From contig JANJGN010000049.1 in NCBI GenBank assembly GCA_026770705.1, positions 1,302,001 to 1,366,000 of the forward strand: a DNA stretch of 64,000 nucleotides. The letters run 5' to 3'. The notes below the pieces were generated by a model, which did not search any database, was not told the DNA's origin, and saw nothing but the letters and a program-made list of their open reading frames with translations. Shown here in pieces: positions 40,400-51,450 of this stretch. Position 1 is the stretch's first letter; every line of letters starts with the position of its first letter. This stretch comes from Isurus oxyrinchus. Taxonomy: Eukaryota. The position numbers and the translations under genes were made by a program.

Positions 40400-41290
40400 G
40401 AATACTGCCTGACATGGAGGAGAGTAGAAAAATAGACTTGCTGTGGTTGCCCATCTCTGGGTCAAACTGATTCTCTCCATTTCTGTAGGATCAGAGTGTG
40501 CTGTGGGATCTACTTGCCAGTAGAATTTTTCTGACTGTCACAGTATCGAGCAGTAAAATCAGGAGGAAGAAGAGGCATGGAGTTAGAATACAATCCAGCC
40601 AGTCAAACATTCTCCATGGAACTGAAATATAAAAGGCCAATGTTATGCTCCAGTGACAGACTACATTATTAAAGATATACATAGGTTCATTTATGAAATA
40701 AAAAGTGATGTTTATCAAAGAAACCAGCATCCAGACCATTGCTCAAATTACAGCTGCTGTTTTTTCAGTGCAGCATTTCATTTTCAACTCCACGTGACAA
40801 ATGGCTAGAAAGCGGTAAAAGGCGAAAGCCAAAGTTAACCAGAGGGAGCAGACTCTGGAAGGGAAGCTTAGAGCAACAATAAGGCGACAGGTGAGAGTGA
40901 TGGACATAAAACTGACTGGAAAATAAACAGTCAGAAATGGCTTAATACCAGTGTATTGATAATCACAAGGAGATCTGTCACCGCCATGGATACCAGATAC
41001 TGGGCATCTGGAGAGACTACATCGTCCTCGGAAAGGGTCATGATCGTGAGAAAGTTAGCTGTAAGACAGAGAGAGAGAGAGAGTTGGAGAGAGAAGGATG
41101 GAATTAGTGCTGAAATTCCTAGCTACAACATCAGTTTGGTGGTATGGCGGAATGATATGGAATATGGATCATCAATACTTGATTCAACAGTGGAACTGAT
41201 AAGTTTACCAATGTACAGATAGTACAGTAGGCTACAGAGACAAGACACTTGCCCCCTGTAAAAGCCATTACCCAGACAAGCAACCACAGA
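40400..41290 (-). pseudogene. GPR139/GPR142-like rhodopsin-family GPCR pseudogene, 3'-truncated
   Basis: Acceptor before 41058, then ANFLTIMTLS../QYLVSMAVTDLLVII../SLWLTLAFAFYRFLAIC../KCCTEKTAAV../MFDWLDCILTPCLFFLLILLLDTVTVRKILLASR../NGENQFDPEMGNHSKSIFLLSSMSGS, with stops and frameshifts. A phase-compatible donor lies near 41208. Confidence 0.8.
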
Positions 41291-41956
41291 GACATAGCTC
41301 GACCATCTTGAGGACACAAAGGGTTGAGTTCTGAGAGAATTCCTTTTAAAAGTTAAGAGAAAGGCACACTATACTATTAAGAAATTGTACTGGATCGTAA
41401 GTACTTAACTTCTTCAAATCAATATTTGTTCAAAAATCAAGATTGTTCAATAACATGGATTTAAAATTTTATACTAATTCACTTATTCATAAGTAATTAA
41501 TCAAAAGCTGTCGCCTCACACTGAAATCCTCACAAACCCACATATTGATAACAATATTTACCCTAGAATAAGCAAGCTCTTCTAAGTGCTGGTAGTGGTA
41601 AACTTGAAAAGAGCTTCTTTCACACAATAATATGCCTGTTGTTATATTCTACTCTGATCTAATTTTACTGGTTCGACAACTCCTAGAAGTGAAGCTATTT
41701 AATTTCAGGACAGAGCTTTTAGTAGGTAAAGTTGACTAGGTTATTTTAACGAACTTTTTCTCTTAGTTGATGTTATAAGCTAAAATTAAGTTTGAGTGGG
41801 TAGATTTACCTTTCCATGTGGAAAAGATCGTATAATCATAAACAGATAGGCATAAAACCTCCTGCCAATTTCTTAATAATCTACTTTACTTCATCCTCCA
41901 GTGTCAATATCTGCTTCATTAATTCTTCCTAAAGATACGGTTCTAACTGGAGCTGA

Positions 41957-41995
41957 GGTTTTTGTACGGCGCTGTCGCTCCTTACTACACGTGTG
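41957..41995 (-). promoter_or_regulatory. Recombination signal sequence with 23-bp spacer
   Basis: CACACGT + 23 nt + perfect nonamer ACAAAAACC, immediately 3' of the V coding end. Confidence 0.8.
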
Positions 41996-42254
41996 TACAG
42001 CACAGAAGTGTCTGTGAGACTCAAAGCTGAGATAGTCAGGGGGCTGCTTTTATCCAAGCTTCAACTGATGGCTCTAAATCGACCTTTTTGTTCACCGTTT
42101 GTCGACGCCATTATCAGCAACTTTGGGCTCTGGTTTGGAGGCTTAACGTACCAACATATCACAGGGAATGGGATGGTTGTGCGGCAGTGTATCAATATCA
42201 TTTTCTGTTCAGCTGGAGTCTCTGATGGATAAGTTTGTATAACGTCTGTTTAAC
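41996..42254 (-). pseudogene. T-cell receptor alpha/delta-like V segment pseudogene
   Basis: Acceptor TTGCAG, phase 1: G*TDVIQTYPSETPAEQKMILIHCRTTIPFPVICWYVKPPNQSPKLLIMASTNGEQKGRFRAIS*SLDKSSPLTISALSLTDTSV. Two stops; the YYC codons are apparently deleted; an RSS follows directly. Confidence 0.8.
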
Positions 42255-43727
42255 CTGCAAGACACAAAGTGAGCACTAGAGCAAAGCCACCAGCTCCAAT
42301 CATTCCCAACAGGTAACTCCGAAACATAGGAGCAGGTGGATGACTTTCAACTCTTCAGCCCTGCTCCAAATTCATTTAGTTCTCATTTGGTCTGAAGCCT
42401 AAATTTATTTATCCTCCTTAGCCCAATATACCATGATACAATTGTGCTTAGCTAAGGAACATCTTGAAAATATAGTGAAAAGGTACAAAGAGCACAAACA
42501 TATATAATAATGAGGCAAGATACCCCTTGAAAAATTAGAGTCTAAATGTGGCAGGGAACAAGGGGGTCTACAGTGACCGGTGCAAGTTCCATAGCGACAG
42601 AGTTTATCCACGCAATTTGACACACACAACAAAAACTGAGTTTCATTTCGAAAGGGAGGAAACTGAAAATCAGAAAAGTTGCATGACTGTTACATTGAAC
42701 CCCGTTGGATCACACGTGAGAATCTCCAACCACAGTTCTAGTCTTCATTTCGATAAATTTGTTTTTACTCGCATGACAAGAAATTTGAGATCATAATGGC
42801 TAGATATCTTGCAGACGCTGTGTCTCTTATCTCGAGAAATGAGTGAAGTGGGTTACACCCTGATAAATATTTTTGGGTTACAGAAGTGTTTGTTAAAATA
42901 TATATAGGGCAAACGTATCAACTTGTGGGAATTACTAGAAGTGGTTGTATCAATATAAGATAGATGAAGAGTTATTGGGGCATTCTCCTGCTTAGCGTAA
43001 TCAGCCGCACAGACCTGCTGGGCTGAGTGCCCTGTTTCTGTGCTGTATATCCTGTAATTCTACTTAATGCTTTGAATGAATCAAATCCAAATACTTTGGA
43101 GGCAAGAGCTTCGGATTCATAACCCTCGGCATGGAAGAAATTCAGTTTCTCCTCAAATATAGCCTACTTCTAATTGTAATATTATACGCCCTCATCCTTT
43201 ATTCTCCGAAAGAAGAATTATTTTTTCTGTCAAATAGTTTAACACTAAGTCACCTCGAACAGACCTCCTTTCAATATTCTACAGTCAATGGAATAAACTG
43301 ACAATTCTGCAACATCTCCCCACAATTTAATATTCTGTCCCTTGTATCCTGCTGGTCAATCTGTGCTGTATTAACTCGGAAGCAAATTTATGTTGCCTGT
43401 GGTGAGGAGCACTGAGCTGAATGCATTCATGTAGATACCGTCTGACCAGATTACTGATGCCTAACTTTTGCCGCTACCTGTCCCAGTTATCTTCCAATAA
43501 GGACTTACCTCCTTTCGCCATTCCGATTGTATTTTCTCCCCCTCTACTCGATTTCAATGATTGTAAAAGAGGACAATTAAGTATCATTAAAATCCTTCCT
43601 TTCTCCGTGGTTAAAGTTTGAAGATTCAGGGTGAATGCCCTCACACCTGCCCACAGTAAACTCAATCTGCCACATTGTCTCTATTCATTTATTTTATCAA
43701 CTTCCTTCTTACATCTACATACATAAT

Positions 43728-44262
43728 TGTTGTGGAAAAACAGAGCGAACACTCAGACCCAGGAGGTTTGTCTTGGAAGCCTTTTATTATAATCGTGATA
43801 TCACAGAGAGCCCAACAGCATAGAGCAGAGCTAGCCGGCACTCTAACTAACACCGCTTTACACACATAACTATAGCAAAAGGTTCGTGACAGAAACTTGG
43901 GCAATTACAATAGTTTCAAATGGTTTCAAAGGATAGCGATCAGTGTTAATGATTTAACGTTTAGACACGACAATGTCAATGGTTTAGCAAATAGAAAGGA
44001 CAACGTCGATGGTTCAACAAATACATAGTGTTAATGGTTACATATTCTGGACAATGCACACACAATAGTTTTTTTCTCTTAGATTTTGCCACCGTATCTG
44101 ACATCCGGAGCCCCTTAGTCTGGGAAGGTAGCACTGGCTCTTTGATTTGCTAATTTATGTGCTGGCTGTGTGACTGTTTGGGGACATTCTACAGTAATTT
44201 CATTATACCTGTATTTTTAGTTTTTTTCTCTCACAAGTATAGATGTATTTTATTCTTCAACA
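43728..44262 (-). repeat. ERV 3' LTR (about 535 bp)
   Basis: TGTTG...CAACA termini; preceded on the minus strand by the purine tract AACAAGGAGGGGT; its end matches 53698-53735. Confidence 0.85.
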
Positions 44263-44279
44263 ACCCCTCCTTGTTAATC

Positions 44280-45287
44280 TTTTAGATTAATCACATCTTC
44301 ATCATCAAAAGGGGGCTCATAACCATAAGGAAAAGGCCAATCACTGGCAGGGTAAACTTTTTCTCCCCACCAGTGGGTTTCACTGGGGCCAGTGCGTATC
44401 AATTGAGGGACAAAGGGAGCTCCTCCTAATCCAGTGGTGACTCCAGTCATAGCTCCATTAATACACTGGATACAGCAAATCCTCATAGTAGCACATGCAC
44501 AACACCCTATAACACCTAATAAAACTAACCCAATTAAAACATACAGCAGCTAACTTTCCCAACTGGAGAACCACTCCGTTACTGTAGCCCGCCAGGAATC
44601 CTTGTTATAAACACTGCTCAACCTTTCCCCAACTTTCTTTATTTCTCACACTTTATCCATAACATGCTGTTCCAGGTCAGTAATATTCTCAGAAACATCA
44701 GGCACATAGGCGCAGCATTCTGAGCCTATTATGGCACAAGTGACACCTTTTTCAGCTAGGAGGAAATAAAGGGCCATTCTATTTTGTAGAGCTGTCAGGC
44801 ATAGGGCTAACATTTCAGCAGTGGTGGCTGAAATCTGTTTCTGGGTCTCAATAAAAGCATCAGCTGTCGAATTGGCAAATTTTTCAAGCGCAGCTGCCAG
44901 GTTGATAACCTCTCGGGAGTTACGCACAGTTCCATAAGAGGGGATAGCAATCATCCAGCATTGTTTAGATTTTGAGATGTCACGGCGATGGAGACGCAGA
45001 TGCTGGTGAATATCTGATGCTATAGGGCTGCCGGACGAGTGACTTGGACCCAATCTTCCTTCCCTTTAATCTTCAGGGCTGTACAAGTTGTTAGCAGCAC
45101 AAGATAGGGTCCTTTCCACTCTCTCATGCAATCCAGCTGTTGTTTTGCATTGAGGAAAATGAGTACAAATCCAACATTCAGTCCGATGAACTTGCAAGGC
45201 TACGGCCTGTATTCGTTGAACCACAGAATTGGTATTCCATGCCCCTGCAAGGACCACGCAGGACAGGATCCAAATCAGAGTCAGCAT
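44280..45287 (-). pseudogene. env: Gamma-type retroviral env with an internal SU deletion
   Basis: Signal peptide MLTLIWILSCVVLAGA, CWIC motif, furin-like RLHRR, immunosuppressive domain LQNRMALYFLLAEKGVTC, CX6CC (CAIIGSECC) and a hydrophobic TM segment near 44560-44490. Confidence 0.9.
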
Positions 45288-45333
45288 TCCGATGGCTCAG
45301 TTAAAGTTCTTGCACAAGCACTTCCGTCCGAGG

Positions 45334-45990
45334 TCAGCGTCTGTTTGACATGCGATGTGTGGATCCACAAGTGCATCCTTCAAGCTTCACGGCTGTATGG
45401 GTGGTGAGCTGGACTTGGAAAGGTTCTTCCCATCGAGGTTCCAAACAGTTCTTTCTACTGAAGGTCTTTACCAGGACTAGGTCCCCGGGCTGGTATTGAT
45501 GGCAGTCTTCAGTGGTGGGCTTTTTCTGAGCTTCTACTACCTGTATATGCGAGCTCTTGAGATAGTTAGTATGAGAGCGCATAGTCATGAGCGCCAAGGG
45601 TAGAGCTTCAGGCCCTTTCAAACTGGTTTCTTCACATAATTTAGCTAGTTTGTTTTTCAGAATACCATTTTGTCCTGCCATCGCTCCAGTAGACCGGGGG
45701 TGGTATGGGCAGGAAAGGTGATGGTTGCATTGTAAGACCTTCAACAGTTCCTTTATCACGTCAGCAGTAAAAGGAACAACAATTTTACAACAACAGCATC
45801 ATTGCGTTGGGTGGGATATGCCTCCACCCATCGCAAGAACAAACACACTAGAATTAAAACATAATTATATCCCGTACATTTAGGCATTTGTATAAAGTCC
45901 ATTTGTAGGTGTGCAAATGGGCCCCAAGGCTGGGGTCCCGTACCAGCAGTCACGGTGGGCGTCTTACCTGGGTTATGTCCTTGACATAGG
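45334..45990 (-). pseudogene. pol: Epsilon/gamma-like retroviral integrase fragment
   Basis: CQGHNPGK, PWGPFAHLQMDFIQMP, RWVEAYPT, CPYHPRSTG..QNGILKNKLAK, PGDLVLVKTF..LEPRWEEPFQV..TTHTAVK; internal deletions and frameshifts. Confidence 0.88.
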
Positions 45991-46326
45991 TATGACAGGT
46001 ATTACTAATATAATTACCTGGAAAAACTCAGCAGGTCTGGCAGCATCGGCGGAGAAGAAAAGAGTTGACGTTTCGAGTCCTCATGACCCCTCGACAGAAC
46101 TTGAGTTCGAGTCCAAGAAAGAGTTGAAATATAAGCTGGTTTAAGGTGTGTGTGTGGGGGGCAGAGAGAGAGAGAGAGAGAGGTGGAGTGGGGGTGTGGT
46201 TATATGGACAAACAAGCAGTGATAGAAGCAGATCATCAAAAGATGTCAACAACAATAGAACAAAAGAACACATAGGTGTTAAAGTTAAAGTTGGTGATAT
46301 TATCTAAATGAATGTGCTAATTAAGA

Positions 46327-48828
46327 ATGGATTTCTCGGACTGCTGTTCCCGTCACATTCTGAAATCCACACTCAGTGCCATGTGCCGCCATATGAACAC
46401 ACTCGACCTCTCCCTCCAGCAGCACCGCCGTACCCTTTTTCAAAGCTGCGCGTGCCCCCAGTTTCATTTTATCCTTCGGCTCATCCAACGCCTCAACAAG
46501 AAACTTTTTCTCTTTCTCTCAAATACTAAGGAACGCAAGCTCCAACAACTCATCGACACCAACACCCATCTAGGACCCTCCACCCCGGCCTGTCCCTCCG
46601 TCCCCACCTCATCTTCCAATCCCAACCCCAGCTGTGTATTCACTATACCCCCTGACCTTCCCCTCTCCAATGCTGAACGTTCAGTGCTCAGCAAAGGACT
46701 TAGTTTCATACCCTTACGCCCTCAACTCAATGAATTTCGGGCTCGGCATGATACTGAACTCTTCTTCCGCCGTCTTCGTCTCCGGGCTCACTTCTTTGAT
46801 CAGGAGTCCTCTCCCAGTTCAACGGATCCTTTTACCCATCTCCAATATTCTCCCTCCACCTGGACCCCTCCCTCTGGATTCTTACCTTCTCTTGATCTTT
46901 TCATTGAGAACTGTCGGCGCGACATTAGTCGTCTCAATTTCTCTGCTCCTCTCACCCATTCTAACCTGTCTCTCTCTGAACTTACTGCACAACATTCTCT
47001 CAGGTCCAACCCTGACATTGTCATCAAACCCGCTGACAAGGGTGGTGCTATTGTTGTCTGGCGCACTGACCTCTACCTCGCGCAGGCTGAGCGTCAACTC
47101 GCAGACACTTCCTCCTACCTCTCCCTGGACCATGACCCCAACACTGAACATCAAGCCATTGTTTCCAGGACTGTCACTGACCTCATCTCCTCTGGGGATC
47201 TCCCTCCCACAGCTTCCAACCTGATAGTCGCCCAACCTCGGACGGCCCGCTTCTATATCCTACCCAAAATCCACAAACAGAACTGCCCCGGTAGACCGAT
47301 CGTCTCAGCTTGCTCCTGCCCCACAGAACTCATTTCTCGTTATCTTGACTCCCTTCTCTCTCCCCTTGTCCAGTCCCTTCCCACCTACATCCGTGATTCC
47401 TCTGACACCTTACGTCACATCAACAATTTCCAGTTCCCTGGCCCCAACCGCTTCCTCTTCACCATGGACGTCCAATCCCTCTACACCTCCAACCCCCACC
47501 AGGATGGTCTAAGGGCCCTTAGCTTCTTCCTCGAACAGAGGCCCGAACAATCCCCATCCACCACTACTCTCCTCCGTCTGGCTGAACTTGTTCTCACGCT
47601 GAACAATTTCTCCTTCAACTCCTCTCACTTCATCCAAATAAAAGGTGTGGCTATGGGTACCCGCATGGGCCCCAGCTATGCCAGTCTCTTTATGGGGTAT
47701 GTGGAACATTCCTTGTTCCAGTCCTACTCTGGCCCCCTTCCACAACTTTTTCTCCGGTACATCGATGATTACTTCGGTGCCGCTTCATGCTCTCGTCGGG
47801 ACTTGGAAAAATTTATTAATTTTGCTTCCAATCTCCACCCCTCCATCATTTTCACGTGGTCCATCTCTGACACTTCCCTTCCCTTCCTTGACCTCTCTGT
47901 CTCAATCTCTGGTGATAGACTGTCCACCAATATCCATTACAAACCCACCGACTCCCACAGCTATCTCGACTACAGCTCCTCACACCCCGCTTCCTGTAAG
48001 GACTCCATCCCATTCTCTCAGTTACTTCACCTCCGTCACATCTGTTCCGATGATGCTACCTTCAAAAACAGTCCTTCTGACATGTCCTCCTTCTTCCTTA
48101 ACCGAGGTTTTCCACCCACGGTCGTTGACAGGGCCCTCAACCGTGTCCGGCCCATCTCCCGCGCATCCGCCCTCACGCCTTCTCCTCCCTCCCAGAAACA
48201 TGATAGGGTCCCCCTTGTCCTCACTTATCACCCCACCAGCCTCCGCATTCAAAGGATCATCCTCCGCCATTTCCACCAACTCCAGCATGATGCCACCACC
48301 AAACACATCTTCCCTTCACCCCCACTATCGGCATTCCGTAGGGATCGCTCCCTCCGGGACACCCTGGTCCACTCCACCATCACCCCCTACTCCTCAACCC
48401 CCTCCTATGGCACCACCCCATGCCCACGCAAAAGATGCAACACCTGCCCCTTCACTTCCTCTCTCCTCACCGTCCAAGGACCCAAACACTCCTTTCAAGT
48501 GAAGCAGCATTTCACTTGCATTTCCCCCAACTTAGTCTACTGCATTCGTTGCTCCCAATGTGGTCTCCTCTACATTGGAGAGACCAAATGTAAACTGGGC
48601 GACTGCTTTGCAGAACACCTGCAGTCTGTCCGCAAGAATGACCCAAATCTCCCTGTCGCTTGCCATTTTAACACTCCACCCTGCTCTCTTGCCCACATGT
48701 CTGTCCTTGGCTTGCTGCATTGTTCCAGTGAAGCCCAACGCAAACTGGAGGAACAACACCTCATCTTCCGACTAGGCACTTTACAGCCATCCGGACTTAA
48801 TATTGAATTCAACAACTTTGGGTCATGA
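46327..48828 (+). CDS. Penelope-like reverse transcriptase plus GIY-YIG endonuclease (833 aa, probably 5'-truncated)
   Basis: IKPADKGG, FYILPKIHK, GRPIVS, FTMDVQSLYT, GVAMGTRMGP, RYIDD, PFLDL; Cys-rich linker; NLVYCIRCSQCGLLYIGET; C-terminal LGTLQPSGLN. Confidence 0.93.
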   Translation: MDFSDCCSRHILKSTLSAMCRHMNTLDLSLQQHRRTLFQSCACPQFHFILRLIQRLNKKLFLFLSNTKERKLQQLIDTNTHLGPSTPACPSVPTSSSNPNPSCVFTIPPDLPLSNAERSVLSKGLSFIPLRPQLNEFRARHDTELFFRRLRLRAHFFDQESSPSSTDPFTHLQYSPSTWTPPSGFLPSLDLFIENCRRDISRLNFSAPLTHSNLSLSELTAQHSLRSNPDIVIKPADKGGAIVVWRTDLYLAQAERQLADTSSYLSLDHDPNTEHQAIVSRTVTDLISSGDLPPTASNLIVAQPRTARFYILPKIHKQNCPGRPIVSACSCPTELISRYLDSLLSPLVQSLPTYIRDSSDTLRHINNFQFPGPNRFLFTMDVQSLYTSNPHQDGLRALSFFLEQRPEQSPSTTTLLRLAELVLTLNNFSFNSSHFIQIKGVAMGTRMGPSYASLFMGYVEHSLFQSYSGPLPQLFLRYIDDYFGAASCSRRDLEKFINFASNLHPSIIFTWSISDTSLPFLDLSVSISGDRLSTNIHYKPTDSHSYLDYSSSHPASCKDSIPFSQLLHLRHICSDDATFKNSPSDMSSFFLNRGFPPTVVDRALNRVRPISRASALTPSPPSQKHDRVPLVLTYHPTSLRIQRIILRHFHQLQHDATTKHIFPSPPLSAFRRDRSLRDTLVHSTITPYSSTPSYGTTPCPRKRCNTCPFTSSLLTVQGPKHSFQVKQHFTCISPNLVYCIRCSQCGLLYIGETKCKLGDCFAEHLQSVRKNDPNLPVACHFNTPPCSLAHMSVLGLLHCSSEAQRKLEEQHLIFRLGTLQPSGLNIEFNNFGS

Positions 48829-49222
48829 GCTCCATCCCCCATCCCCACCCCCTTTCTGTTTCCCCCTTCCTTTTCTTTTTTTTCCAATAAATTATATAGA
48901 TTTTCCTTTTCCCACCTATTTCCATTATAAAAAAAATAAAAAAATCTCCCCACCCCCACTAGAGCTATACCTTGAGTGCCCTACCATCCATTCTTAATTA
49001 GCACATTCGTTTAGATAATATCACCAACTTTAACTTTAACACCTGTGTGTTCTTTTGTACTATTGTTGTTGACATCTTTTGATGATCTGCTTCTATCACT
49101 GCTTGTTGGTCTCTACAACCACACTCCCACTCCACCTCTCTCTCTCTCTCTCTCTCTCTCCGCCCCCCCACCCAACACCTTAAACCAGCTTATATTTCAA
49201 CTCTTTCTTGGACTCGAACTCA

Positions 49223-49261
49223 AGTTCTGTCGAAGGGTCATGAGGACTCGAAACGTCAACT
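49223..49261 (+). ncRNA. Minimal type I hammerhead ribozyme-like motif in the Penelope pLTR (variant core)
   Basis: AGTT-CTGTCGA-AGGGTC atgag GACTC-GAAAC-GTC-AACT: stem I AGTT/AACT, stem II, GAAA and palindromic ACGT. Related copies carry the canonical CTGAAGA or CTGATGA core. Confidence 0.55.
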
Positions 49262-49341
49262 CTTTTCTTCTCCGCCGATGCTGCCAGACCTGCTGAGTTT
49301 TTCCAGGTAATTCTGTTTTTGTTTTTGATTACTAATATAAT

Positions 49342-50245
49342 GCCTATTAGCATATTACTATTTACTATACATTCTCAACATTCATTCTAAATACACGTGT
49401 TAAACTCTTGATCTGGCAAGCGGTCAAGTCATGATTCCTGTGTTGTGAGAGATTCAATAAATGCTTATTAGTTACCCATAAAGGGACAACCCCATTTTTA
49501 GTCTGTCTTAAATTTTCCCGGGCTTGTTCCAGTGCCCAAGATCCATAGGTGTTGTATACATCATTTCTGCTCGCTTCGTCTGAAATATTTTTCGCTATTT
49601 CAATTAATTTATTGATAGTCCCCGCATGACTTTCGACCATGGTAGCAAGGCTTTGGATTAATCAATGATGTCCCTATATTGATCATTGTAGCGGCATCAT
49701 TTATCAGGCTGCACTTAATGCGGTTCCCTCCCAAGCCTGATCGCATCTCGCCACTGAACTGAACTGCTTCAGTCATCAACTGGCGCGTCAGAGCCGTATA
49801 GACTGCTTGGGTATGGGTTGAGCACCACTGGGGCAAGATTACACCGGATACATTCAAAACTACGGGTACCGGCTCATGGTGTACATTATCATACAAAATT
49901 TCTGATTAACCAGTACCAAACCAATCGTCGGTCCTGGATGCATAGTCAGACAAGCTGGATCAGTTGGTGTGGTTTAAGGGGCTGCAATTATCTCTACTCG
50001 GACTGTGAAAGTAGGGGTGGGAGGTGGCTGGGTAGTGGCGGACCTCCCACGCTCGATCTGAAGCAAACCCTTACTACAATTTGAAAGCACTTGTTCTCCT
50101 ACTGTTACATTTATCATTCCCCATTGCGTGTTGCATTCGGCACTGTCCATGCTGTACCAAAGTTCCTCCTGTGGTGCAGGATGAGCAGTGATGATCCCCG
50201 ACCTTGTTGCCAGTACTGACACGCCCACGACCTGGATCATAGATC
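49342..50245 (-). pseudogene. Second, non-gamma env-like (class I fusion protein-like) gene, 5' portion
   Basis: ORFs 50240-49974, 49896-49609 and 49640-49365 join across stops and frameshifts. They show an N-terminal hydrophobic start, N-glycosylation sequons, a decayed furin site RIK[C<R] followed by fusion-peptide-like SLINDAATMINIGTSLIN, a helical region, GVVPLWV and LIGIILVIPVI. Located directly after an integrase C-terminus. Confidence 0.6.
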
Positions 50246-50299
50246 TGTGGAGATATTAACATTGGCTCCCTTTCTGTGGGTTACCGCTTGGTCAATTGT

Positions 50300-51450
50300 C
50301 ATGTATCTTTAACTGTGTGTAATGCCTCCGTTTACTTCCTGTTCTCATATCTACAAGCGCGCGTGTATCACCTGGCATAATTACCTGGTATGGTCCTTGT
50401 TGCTCCGAGTTCACCCTAGCCATCACCTTATTTCCCCACTTGGGGGGTCCTTTGTTGCTCCTTGGATTTGCCTGTTTCCATATCGTTAATAATCTGTCAG
50501 TCTCTAACTTCCTCTCTCAACTCATGTAATTGCCGACTTAATTCCCTTACATTGTCCTGTATTTTTCCCTTCAGTGGCCCTACACCTCCTATAATGCCTT
50601 CAGGTAATCGCATGATCCTTACCTGTTATCATTTCAAATGGGGTGAACCTGTCGGTCCTGCTTGGGGTAGCCCACAGTTTATTATAATATCGGGCTGTTC
50701 CCTGTCTCTTGATTGATGTTTTTTTTTAAAGTTCAGTTCATCCTTTCCACCATCCCTGGACTCTGGGGGTGGTAAGGAATATGGAATTTCTGTTTAATCT
50801 CCATAAAATTACACACTTCTTTAATGACTCTCCCTGTGAAGTTAGTTCCCTGATCTGAACCCATTTGGATAGGCACCCCCACTCCTTCCAGTTTACTCTC
50901 TCCTGCTGCTGTCTCATGTCAGACCTCAATTCCTTAAACAACTCTACAGTGCACCTTCTTATCCTATCTTTCAATGGCTCAGTATCTTCGCTTCCAGTGA
51001 TGGTTCTCTCTGGGAACCGCTTAACTCTGCCTGTCATCAAGGTGTTAATCCTATGGTTTTACTCTTTGTAGCTTGCAGGCACATTAATATAATCAGTAAT
51101 ACATCTATTTAGCCTTTTTCCAGCTTTCCATTTACCTGTATCCATCTTGTGGTAAATTGTTGTTAAGTATTATTTCTCCTTACATTTCAATTCCTGAACT
51201 ACAGATTCCTCATAGTTTTACCTCTAACTTTTCTTTCCTGACCATGATCATCCTAAGGTTCTCTTGAGTTCAGTTTCTCTATTGACTTGATTGTTTAAAA
51301 TGGTTCCTTACTCTTTAAGCCATATTAACTATTCAGTTTCAACGGGGATCTCTGTCTCTAGATCTTTGCTTATCTCCCCCTGTGCAGTTCCAATGCCTCA
51401 GTTGATGGCCAGATTATCAAATTCATTTCCCTTAAAACAGTTTGTACATT
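50300..51450 (-). pseudogene. pol: Degenerate pol remnants: RNase H end plus two divergent integrase C-terminal segments
   Basis: GNEFDNLA near 51420; IDVLLIILMCLQATKSKTIGLTP/LMTGRVKRFPE near 51110-51010; KLWATPSRTDRFTPFEMITG/RIMRLPEG near 50680-50590; QGPYQVIM..RRHYTQLK near 50400-50305. Confidence 0.7.

Larger units (their letters stand above)
46012..49327 (+). mobile_element. Penelope-like retroelement with 5' inverted pseudo-LTR and target-site duplication
   Basis: 46012-46332 is the reverse complement of 48986-49312. ATTACTAATATAAT is repeated at 46001-46014 and 49328-49341. The element encloses an RT plus GIY-YIG ORF. Confidence 0.93.

Noticed and set aside
42765-42825. Possible leader exon for the 42-kb V segment (ARYLAIMISNFLS then GCGAGT)
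   Set aside because: No proper upstream ATG and a non-canonical donor; cannot be supported.
46464-48959. Alternative-frame and antisense ORFs of up to 285 aa inside the Penelope ORF
   Set aside because: Expected from the C-rich, stop-poor composition; no domain signatures.
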